From assembly GCA_028279595.1 (NCBI GenBank), contig JANQNK010000020.1, positions 64,001-128,000 of the forward strand: DNA of 64,000 nucleotides. The letters are read 5' to 3'. Each line of letters opens with the position of its first letter. The first letter of the stretch is position 1. The notes below the pieces were generated by a model. It was not told where the DNA came from. It saw only the letters and a list, made by a program, of their open reading frames with translations, and searched no databases. The DNA is from Thermoplasmatota archaeon (lineage in GTDB: Archaea > Thermoplasmatota > JAKEGO01). This document shows positions 20,954 to 28,979 of the stretch, one piece after another. The position numbers were made by a program, and so were the translations under genes.

Positions 20954-22275
20954 GCCTCGCAGCGATGTTCACGAAGAGCAAGGGCGTACATCCGCCCGAG
21001 AACAAGGTGACGGCGAACAAGAAGATCGAGAAGATGCCCCTCCCCAAGGTGGTCTATCTGCCGGTCGCCCAGCACATCGGCGCTCCGGCGAAGGTGATAG
21101 TGAAGCGGGGAGAGGAGGTCAAGACCGGACAGGTCATCGCCGAGGCCGGAGGATACGTCTCGGCTCCGATACACGCCACCGTGTCCGGGAAGGTCTCCAA
21201 GATAACCCAGGGGATCCACTTCGTGTCAGGAAAGCCGATGGACATCGTGGTCATCGAGTCCGACGGGAACGACGAGTGGGTGGAACTGGACAAGAAAACG
21301 AACCTCAGCGACATGGACAACGAGGAGATCCTCAAGCGCATCTGGGATGCCGGCCTGGTAGGAATGGGCGGCGCGACGTTCCCGACGCATGTCAAGCTCA
21401 AGCCTCCCAAGGACAAGCCCATTGACACGCTCATAATCAACGGGGCCGAGTGCGAGCCCTGGATAACCTCCGACAACCGCGTGATGCTCGAGAAGGGCGA
21501 GAAGGTCCTGAAGGGCGTCCGCGTGATGTTGAAGCTGATCCCCGCCAAGAAGGCCATCATAGCGATCGAGAAGAACAAGCCCGAGGCCATCGCCCATATG
21601 AAGAAGCTCGTCGCCAAGTCGAGGATGAAGAAGGTCGAAGTACTCGGCCTCCCGACCCAGTATCCGATGGGCGGCGAGAAGACGATGACCAAGGAGATAC
21701 TGGACAGGGAGGTCCCGATCCTCGGTCTTCCGCTCGACATCGGGGTCGTCGTTCAGAACGTCTCCACCTGCGTCGCCATCAGTGAGGCCGTCTTCGACGG
21801 CAAGCCGATGGTCGAGAGGGTCATGACCGTTACGGGGATGGTCAAGAAGCCGAAGAACCTCCTCGTGAGGTTCGGCACGCCGGTCGAGGACCTGATCGAG
21901 CACTGCGGAGGCATGAAGGACGAGGCCGATGAGATCATCTTCGGCGGGCCCATGATGGGAATAACCCAGTACACTCTCGACACTCCCGTCCAGAAGGGCA
22001 CGAACTGCGTCCTGATCAAGAAGAACACGAAGGCCGACGAGCGCAACTGCATCCGCTGCGCCAACTGCGTCAACACCTGCCCCATGGAGCTCATGCCGAC
22101 ACTCTACGTCGCCTACGCGAAGAAGAAGATGTGGGAGGAGGCCGAGGCGGCCTTCGTCGACGACTGCATGGAGTGCGGCTCCTGCGCGTACGCGTGTCCT
22201 GCAAGCATCCCGATCGTTCAGTACATCAAACTTGCCAAAGCTGAGCTTGGCAAGATAAGGAGGGCGAAGAAATGA
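20950..22275 (+). CDS. rnfC: Rnf complex subunit C
   Basis: QHIGAPA, GLVGMGGATFPTHVKL, INGAECEP, GGPMMG, two CxxCxxCxxxCP motifs. Confidence 0.96.
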   Translation: MSLAAMFTKSKGVHPPENKVTANKKIEKMPLPKVVYLPVAQHIGAPAKVIVKRGEEVKTGQVIAEAGGYVSAPIHATVSGKVSKITQGIHFVSGKPMDIVVIESDGNDEWVELDKKTNLSDMDNEEILKRIWDAGLVGMGGATFPTHVKLKPPKDKPIDTLIINGAECEPWITSDNRVMLEKGEKVLKGVRVMLKLIPAKKAIIAIEKNKPEAIAHMKKLVAKSRMKKVEVLGLPTQYPMGGEKTMTKEILDREVPILGLPLDIGVVVQNVSTCVAISEAVFDGKPMVERVMTVTGMVKKPKNLLVRFGTPVEDLIEHCGGMKDEADEIIFGGPMMGITQYTLDTPVQKGTNCVLIKKNTKADERNCIRCANCVNTCPMELMPTLYVAYAKKKMWEEAEAAFVDDCMECGSCAYACPASIPIVQYIKLAKAELGKIRRAKK

Positions 22276-23273
22276 CGGCCGACGAGAAGGAGGTCGGGAG
22301 GACCTTCAAGGGTTCGACCAGTCCTCACGTGAAATCGACAACGTCCGTCGAGAGGATCATGTACCTCGTCATCATCGCCCTGCTGTTCCCGACTGCCGGC
22401 GCTGTCTACTACTTCGGTGTCTACGTCATATTCATCGTGATCACCGCGGTGGTCACCGCCATACTTGTCGAGTACATCTCGAAGATGCTCCGGAAGCGCC
22501 CCTTCGTGATGGACGGAAGCGCCATCATCACCGGTCTGCTACTCGCCCTGGTACTTCCACCGAGGATACCACTGTGGGCCGTCGCCATCGGCGCCGGCAT
22601 CGCCATCGCGATCGCAAAGGAGGCCTTCGGAGGACTCGGCCAGAACGTCTTCAATCCCGCTCTCGTTGGAAGGGCCTTCCTGACAGTGAGCTTCGCGGGA
22701 CTGATGACCAAGTGGGTCGCTCCCGTCGATTCCCCGACCGCGGATGCGGTCACGGGTGCAACGCCCCTCGGTGATGGGTTCGAGCGCTCGGTCGACTCGA
22801 GCCTCTACTGGGACATGTTCATCGGTAACACCGGCGGCTCCCTTGGCGAGACATCCGCCCTGCTGATATTGATCGGTGCGGCCATCCTTCTGGTGTTCAA
22901 GGTCATCAACTGGAGGATCCCGGCCGTCTACATCGGCACGGTGTTCGTGTTCACCGCAGTCCTTGGCGAGGACCCGATCTTCCATGTTCTCGCGGGCGGT
23001 CTGATGCTCGGAGCCTTCTTCATGGCCACCGACTACGCCACGGCACCCCTGACGAACAGAGGCAAGTGCATCTTCGCACTGGGCGCCGGCCTCCTGGTGG
23101 TGGCCATACGACTCTATGGCAGCCTGCCCGAGGGTGTCCTCTTCTCGATACTGATAATGAACGGGTTCACCCCGCTCATCGACAGGTACACCATCCCGAA
23201 ACCGTACGGCTACGTCCCGCCTCCCGAAGAGGATGACGGGAAGGAAGAGAAGAAGAAGGAGGGATCCAAGTGA
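22272..23273 (+). CDS. rnfD: Rnf complex subunit D
   Basis: SPH, FGGLGQNVFNPALVGRAF, FMN site TGATPL, GSLGETS, FMATD. Confidence 0.96.
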   Translation: MTADEKEVGRTFKGSTSPHVKSTTSVERIMYLVIIALLFPTAGAVYYFGVYVIFIVITAVVTAILVEYISKMLRKRPFVMDGSAIITGLLLALVLPPRIPLWAVAIGAGIAIAIAKEAFGGLGQNVFNPALVGRAFLTVSFAGLMTKWVAPVDSPTADAVTGATPLGDGFERSVDSSLYWDMFIGNTGGSLGETSALLILIGAAILLVFKVINWRIPAVYIGTVFVFTAVLGEDPIFHVLAGGLMLGAFFMATDYATAPLTNRGKCIFALGAGLLVVAIRLYGSLPEGVLFSILIMNGFTPLIDRYTIPKPYGYVPPPEEDDGKEEKKKEGSK

Positions 23274-24037
23274 CAGGGATCAGCAAGGACGAGATCGTCC
23301 CGGTCCTCTTCCTTACGATCGTTGTCTGTGTTGCGGTGATCGCCCTCACGATAACGAACTCCATCACGAAGGACCTCATCGAGGAGCAGAAGGAGATCGA
23401 GATCAAGGAGAACCTCGAGAAGCTCTTCCCCGAGATGGACGACTTCGAGGAGGACGACGACGAGGAGTTCTACATCGTCTACCAGGGCAACAATCTCACG
23501 AACGGGACCGTCATTGGATTCGCGTTCACCGTCGAGGGTGAAGGATACGGCGGCACCATCGAGATGCTCGCCGGGATCGAGGCCTACTCATATCTGGCGA
23601 CCGAGAGGATCGGAGGCCAGGAGTTCAGTTACACCGTCACGCCGGACTTCGAACCCGCTGCCGATAACTGGACTGAGAGCGAGTTCCCCAACGGTACCAA
23701 GGTGTTCGAAGTGGACGACAACAACGGGTCCTACAAGATATTCGTCGAGAGGTCACCTCTCAATGAGACAGAGATCGACATGGTGACACTTCGTGGTTTG
23801 AGGATCGTCTTCCACGCCGAGACCCCCGGTCTTGGAGCGAAGATAACCGATGACGACTTCCTGAACCAGTTCAAGGGGATCGCACTCGGAGACCTTTCAC
23901 TCACGGCGGATGGAGGCGAGGTGGATGCCATCTCCGGCGCTACCATCAGTTCCGAGGCTGTGACCGATGGAGTTTATGACACCGTGAAGTCCAAGGTGAA
24001 GAAGATCAGCAAGTGGCTAGAGGAGGTGGACGCATGA
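23270..24037 (+). CDS. rnfG: Rnf complex subunit G (with internal insertion)
   Basis: N-terminal TM, GYGGTI, ETPGLG, FMN site DAISGATISS. Confidence 0.93.
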   Translation: MTGISKDEIVPVLFLTIVVCVAVIALTITNSITKDLIEEQKEIEIKENLEKLFPEMDDFEEDDDEEFYIVYQGNNLTNGTVIGFAFTVEGEGYGGTIEMLAGIEAYSYLATERIGGQEFSYTVTPDFEPAADNWTESEFPNGTKVFEVDDNNGSYKIFVERSPLNETEIDMVTLRGLRIVFHAETPGLGAKITDDDFLNQFKGIALGDLSLTADGGEVDAISGATISSEAVTDGVYDTVKSKVKKISKWLEEVDA

Positions 24038-24765
24038 CCGACGACAAGGTCTGCACGGTCTGCGGCGACGCGGAGTGCAAGGAGGGCCATCAGGTCTGTC
24101 ACACCTGCTTCAGCATGGCCCAGGCCGAGGACTTCGCCGCGCCCGCGAAGGATGGAGGTTTCATGGAGACCTTCAGGAAGGGGATCACTACCACGAACCC
24201 GGTGTTCATCCTGCTTCTGGGTCTCTGTCCGACACTTGCTGTCAGCACATCGCTCGACAACGCGTTCGGGATGAGCGCTGCCGTCATGTTCGTGCTTCTC
24301 GGTTCGAACATCATAGTCTCGATGATACGGAAGTGGGTCCCGGACATCGTTCGGATACCGACGTTCATCGTGATCATCGCGACCTTCGTGACGATAATCC
24401 ACCTGTCGATGCAGGCATTCGTGCCTCCGCTCAGCAAATCGCTCGGGATTTACGTACCGCTCATCGTCGTGAACTGCATCATCCTCGGCCGCGCTGAGGC
24501 GTTCGCATCCAAGAACGGTCCGTTGCAGAGCCTCTCCGACGCATTCGGGATCGGCATCGGCTTCGCCGGTGCGATCGTGCTGATATCGTTCTTCAGGCAG
24601 CTGCTGGGCACCGGGATACTGGAGCTGTTCGGGACCAAGCTCGTCGAGGTCCCAGGCCTCGTCGACCACCCGATGAACATATTCGTTCTCCCGATGGGAG
24701 CGTTCATGGTGCTTGGATTGGCGCTTGCGGCCTTCCGCTACATGGGGGTGATGGAAAATGAGTGA
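24034..24765 (+). CDS. rnfE: Rnf complex subunit E (with N-terminal Cys/His extension)
   Basis: NPVF..LLGLCP.LAVS, VRIP, PLIVVNCIILGRAEAFA; ATGA overlap with the rnfG stop. Confidence 0.95.
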   Translation: MTDDKVCTVCGDAECKEGHQVCHTCFSMAQAEDFAAPAKDGGFMETFRKGITTTNPVFILLLGLCPTLAVSTSLDNAFGMSAAVMFVLLGSNIIVSMIRKWVPDIVRIPTFIVIIATFVTIIHLSMQAFVPPLSKSLGIYVPLIVVNCIILGRAEAFASKNGPLQSLSDAFGIGIGFAGAIVLISFFRQLLGTGILELFGTKLVEVPGLVDHPMNIFVLPMGAFMVLGLALAAFRYMGVMENE

Positions 24766-25333
24766 CCTTATATCGATCTTCATCGGCATGGCGCTGATCA
24801 ACAACTTCATCCTGACGAAGTTCCTCGGGCTCTGCCCGTTCTTCGGCGTCTCGAAGAAGCTCAACGCGGCGATATCCATGGGGCTCGCGGTGATGGTGGT
24901 GATGCTGGCGGCATCGCTCGTCACCTGGGTCATCTACTACCAGATATTGCTGGTGTACGAGATCGAGTACATGCAGATCGTCATCTACATACTCGTGATC
25001 GCATCGCTCGTCCAGATCATCGAGATGGCCATCAAGCGCACCAACATCCAGCTCTACAACGCTCTCGGGATCTACCTCCCGCTGATAACGACGAACTGCG
25101 CTGTTCTCGGCGTCACGTTCATCAACACTCAGGAGGGATTCGGACTCGTTGAGGCGCTCGTAGCCGCTCTCGGTGCAGGATTCGGCTTCACCCTCGTCCT
25201 GGGCATGATGTCCGGGATCAGGGAGAGGCTCGAACTCGCCGACGTTCCAGAGTCCTTCAGGGGGATACCGGTCGCGTTCCTCGTCGCCATGATACTCGGA
25301 CTTGCGTTCCTCGGCTTCGGAGGGATAGTATGA
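24758..25333 (+). CDS. rnfA: Rnf complex subunit A
   Basis: NNFIL.KFLGLCPFFGVSKK, LGIYLPLITTNCAVLG, IRERL, F.G.P. Confidence 0.96.
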   Translation: MSDLISIFIGMALINNFILTKFLGLCPFFGVSKKLNAAISMGLAVMVVMLAASLVTWVIYYQILLVYEIEYMQIVIYILVIASLVQIIEMAIKRTNIQLYNALGIYLPLITTNCAVLGVTFINTQEGFGLVEALVAALGAGFGFTLVLGMMSGIRERLELADVPESFRGIPVAFLVAMILGLAFLGFGGIV

Positions 25334-26145
25334 TCGACGGTCTGACCCTGATCATCATCGTGATCCTGACCCTGGTCGGGCTCGGATGCGGAATCGCCAT
25401 CTTCATCTTCAACCGGATCCTGCCGGAGGAGAGCGAGACACTGAAGGCGACCGCGAAGATTGCCGAGGTTCTTCCGGGGGCGAACTGCGGAGCCTGCGGA
25501 CAGCCCGGATGCTTCGCCTACGCCCAGGCCCTCGCCGCGGATCCTGAATCCTTCAAGGACCAGCCGTGCAAGATAGCCCTCAACGACGACCAGTGCGTCG
25601 CGGACCTCGAGAACGTCCTCGGGATGGAGCTCGACGCCGGAACGCCGGTGAAGGCCGTCGTCCATTGCGTCGGGAAGAGCGAGATCCTGTTCAACTACAA
25701 GGGAGTTGGAACCTGCAAGTCGGCTGCCCAGCTCTCCGGAGGATACAAGAAGTGCGCCTTCGGATGCATCGGGCTCGGTGACTGCCTCCGAGCCTGTCCC
25801 TACGACGCCTATACGATCGACGAGGAGAGGAATGTGGCCATCGTCGACTGGGACAAGTGCGTCGGCTGCGGCCTCTGTGTGCCGGAGTGTCCTCACGGAC
25901 TCATCGAGCTCGTTCCGAATGACACCGCACAGTTCCTCGGCTGCTCGTACACTACACTGCTCCCCATTCCTGGACGGGAGCGCTGCGAGCAGGCCTGCAT
26001 CAAGTGCCGGAAGTGCGTCAGAGCGGACGAGGAGGGTCGGGTGACGTGGAACGACGAGAGGATACTTCCGAACATCCCGTCGGTCGCGGTCCCGGAATCC
26101 GTAACGGAGTGCCCGCCGCAGGTCATTATTAAAACGGGCAAGTGA
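25330..26145 (+). CDS. rnfB: Rnf complex subunit B
   Basis: N-terminal TM, LPGANCGACGQPGC, CAFGCIGLGDC...CP, CVGCGLC...CP. Confidence 0.95.
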   Translation: MIDGLTLIIIVILTLVGLGCGIAIFIFNRILPEESETLKATAKIAEVLPGANCGACGQPGCFAYAQALAADPESFKDQPCKIALNDDQCVADLENVLGMELDAGTPVKAVVHCVGKSEILFNYKGVGTCKSAAQLSGGYKKCAFGCIGLGDCLRACPYDAYTIDEERNVAIVDWDKCVGCGLCVPECPHGLIELVPNDTAQFLGCSYTTLLPIPGRERCEQACIKCRKCVRADEEGRVTWNDERILPNIPSVAVPESVTECPPQVIIKTGK

Positions 26146-26176
26146 ATCACCCTTTCCGAAAGGGGGTTGATCTCAC

Positions 26177-26929
26177 ATGCAGTACGACCTGAAGGACAAG
26201 GTGGCAGTTGTAACGGGAGCATCGCGGGGTATAGGACGAGGCATCGCCCTCGAGCTCGCAAAGAGCGGTGCGTCCGTGATCGGAACCTTCATCACCCATA
26301 ACGAGGCGGCCAACGGGGTCAAGGGCGAGATCGAAGCGCTCGGTGGAGAGGCCGACATGATGCTCGCCGACGTCTCCCTCGAACAGGACGTCAAGAACCT
26401 CAGGGACCGCGTCATCGATTCCTATGGCTCCGTCCACTTCGTGGTGAACAATGCCGGGATCCATCAGCATCTCAAGTCGTGGGAGTTGACCCTCGAGGAC
26501 TGGAACCGGATCATATCAACGAACCTTACGGGAACGTTCCTTATGTCGAAGGCGTTCACTGTGGACATGAAGATGAGGAAGTACGGCAGGATAGTCAACA
26601 TCTCGTCATGTGCGTCGTACACCGGCACGGACCACGAGGTCCATTACGCCGCCTCCAAGGGCGGTATCAACTCCTTTACCAAGTCGCTCGCCCTTGAGCT
26701 CTCACCCTTCGGGATCAATGTGAACGCGGTCTCCCCGGGATTCATCGACACGGACATGCTCGTCTGGGACTCCGATGAGCAGAGGGCTGATACCGAGGCC
26801 ACGATCCCTCTCCAGCGGATCGGCGAACCAGCAGACATAGGGCACATGGTGGCTTTCCTCTGCTCACCTGGCGCCGACTACATCACTGGTCAGATGTTCC
26901 ATGTGAACGGCGGCCTCGTGATGCCCTAG
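26177..26929 (+). CDS. Short-chain dehydrogenase/reductase (FabG-like)
   Basis: TGASRGIG, NNAG, YAASK, PGFIDT. Confidence 0.92.
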   Translation: MQYDLKDKVAVVTGASRGIGRGIALELAKSGASVIGTFITHNEAANGVKGEIEALGGEADMMLADVSLEQDVKNLRDRVIDSYGSVHFVVNNAGIHQHLKSWELTLEDWNRIISTNLTGTFLMSKAFTVDMKMRKYGRIVNISSCASYTGTDHEVHYAASKGGINSFTKSLALELSPFGINVNAVSPGFIDTDMLVWDSDEQRADTEATIPLQRIGEPADIGHMVAFLCSPGADYITGQMFHVNGGLVMP

Positions 26930-28929
26930 TACGCCGACCTTCTCCTGAGAAGCAATGCCGCGATGAGAGCGATCAATATGACGATGGCTAGTCCAGAGAT
27001 CAGCGCAGCGTCGAACTCATCTTGCTTTTCAGCGACCTTGTACGTGAACGAGCAGCAGCCCGCCTTCATCGTATGGAACATGGCCCCCCTCGAGTCATCC
27101 GTCTCGAAGTAGAACTCCACCACCGTTCCCGCATCCTGCCCGGGGATCCAGCCCTTGTACGAATCACCTGATCCCGAGAGGTCCCTCGCATGCCATTCTC
27201 CACCATCCACCCTGTAATACACCTTCACTCCGTTAACGTCGAGGTTGGTGGCATTCCCCACGGTGACCTTGAGCGGGAACGACTTGCCGTCGTCCACCTC
27301 GGTCATTTCCTGATCATAGGCGATGTAGGGTGCATCCACGTCAAGGTCATGGTAGCCGTTGTCCCTGCCGACCTTCGCCTCGTTCGCGATCCTGCTGATA
27401 TAGAGGTTGCATCCAAGGAGCATCCTGCAGGTCGGAATGATCATCTCCTCGAGGGGGTGGAAGCCGCCCTGAGAACCAGTATTCAATTCCATAGTGTAGG
27501 ACAGCGTTCCGTGGGCCCCGTACATGTAGTCCCCCCATTCTCCGGAGACCTTGTATCCGCCCTGGTCCTTCCATGAGCCGTAATCGGTGATGTCCATCAT
27601 CCGCGTACCGACCGTCCTCAACAGCCCTTCATGCTCGGGGTCCTCGTACGTGTAGCCCCATGGCCAGATGACGAGTGCGCTGTACGAGTGATAGGACATA
27701 GCCATGATGACGTTCGATTTACCGTCGTGATAGTCCGGCCTGTCCCCGTCTGGGTATTCCTCTGCGTCCTCGTCGACGATGTCGAGCTTCTTCATGAGTT
27801 CCCGGATCGCCTGGGTCTCGGGTTCCGTGAACCCTCCGTCCTTGTCCTCGTCAACCATGCCGTCGCCGTCGTCGTCCCGGCCGTTCCAGTAATCCTCGTC
27901 GACGCCGTCCGGGTCGTATATCCGGTTGCCCGTGATCGGGTCAACACCGACGAAGCTGTCCCCGTCCTGGTCGACGTCGTCGTCTGGTCCCCTGTACTGT
28001 CCGTCCCACTCGTTCCGGGAGTCCGATACGACGGTCACGCCGTTGGTGTCGACGACGTAACCCTTCTCGTTCCTGTTCCACTCGAAGGGGTAGTTCCTGT
28101 TGAGGTCAACGCCGTCGGTGTTGCTGTTGAAGGATCCGTCGCCGCTGCTCCTCTTCCCGCCGTTTATGCTCTGGTCCCGCTGGTTCTTGCGCCATCCCCC
28201 GCCATCGCCGGGTTCCGAGATGGTCCTGTCGTACTCGTAGCCGTCGGGATTGAGCATGGGCACGACCCAGATCTCCCGGTGATTGACCAGGTATGTTGCC
28301 AACGCCTCGCTGGCGTCCTCGTCGATGCCCTCGTCGATAAGGCCGTCGCCGTCGTTGTCGTGGCCGTCCATTCGCGCAACGGTTTCGTTGTCCCCGTCGT
28401 CATCCTCACCGTCGCCGTCGTCGTCGATCCCGTTGAGGGGGTCCTCGTTCAGGAGCCCGTCCATGTCGTTGTCGATAGGAGATGAATCGTAGTAGTGTAC
28501 CAGGTACTCGATGAAGTACAGGCATACGCTCAGGCTCATCCATTCCCTGGCATGATGCAGGCCGACGATCAATATGTCCTCCTCGTCGGGGTCGTTGTAC
28601 CATATGTCCTCGACGTCCTGGCCGTCGGATATCTTGACCCCCCAGATGGATCGATCGTACCAGGTCGCGCCGTTGTCAGTCATCTCCGAAAGGTCGGTAA
28701 TGCTCACGATATCCGGGTTGTACATGGCGAGCATCTGGAGTCTTGTCGTCACCTCATCGTACGAAGGATATTCCAGGAACCCCTCGTCGATCGGATAGAC
28801 GATGGTGGAATTACCCTCCTCCTCCATCGCCGTGCGGTCATTCCGATGGCTCGTTACCGACAGAGACGTCGCCGGGACGGCAGCAGTGCTGAGAAGCAGT
28901 AGGGCGATCAAGAGGGCCCCAGACCTCAT
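26926..28929 (-). CDS. Membrane-anchored extracellular M14 zinc carboxypeptidase with acidic repeat inserts
   Basis: Signal peptide; HHAREW, P.LNPDG, WRKN, GVDLNRNY, EPETQA, SYHSY, catalytic YTMEL; C-terminal TM + RRR. Confidence 0.92.
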   Translation of the reverse strand: MRSGALLIALLLLSTAAVPATSLSVTSHRNDRTAMEEEGNSTIVYPIDEGFLEYPSYDEVTTRLQMLAMYNPDIVSITDLSEMTDNGATWYDRSIWGVKISDGQDVEDIWYNDPDEEDILIVGLHHAREWMSLSVCLYFIEYLVHYYDSSPIDNDMDGLLNEDPLNGIDDDGDGEDDDGDNETVARMDGHDNDGDGLIDEGIDEDASEALATYLVNHREIWVVPMLNPDGYEYDRTISEPGDGGGWRKNQRDQSINGGKRSSGDGSFNSNTDGVDLNRNYPFEWNRNEKGYVVDTNGVTVVSDSRNEWDGQYRGPDDDVDQDGDSFVGVDPITGNRIYDPDGVDEDYWNGRDDDGDGMVDEDKDGGFTEPETQAIRELMKKLDIVDEDAEEYPDGDRPDYHDGKSNVIMAMSYHSYSALVIWPWGYTYEDPEHEGLLRTVGTRMMDITDYGSWKDQGGYKVSGEWGDYMYGAHGTLSYTMELNTGSQGGFHPLEEMIIPTCRMLLGCNLYISRIANEAKVGRDNGYHDLDVDAPYIAYDQEMTEVDDGKSFPLKVTVGNATNLDVNGVKVYYRVDGGEWHARDLSGSGDSYKGWIPGQDAGTVVEFYFETDDSRGAMFHTMKAGCCSFTYKVAEKQDEFDAALISGLAIVILIALIAALLLRRRSAY

Positions 28930-28979
28930 GATGCTGTCAGGTGATGGATTCTATTAAAACGTTTCGAGCCAGGATGTGT

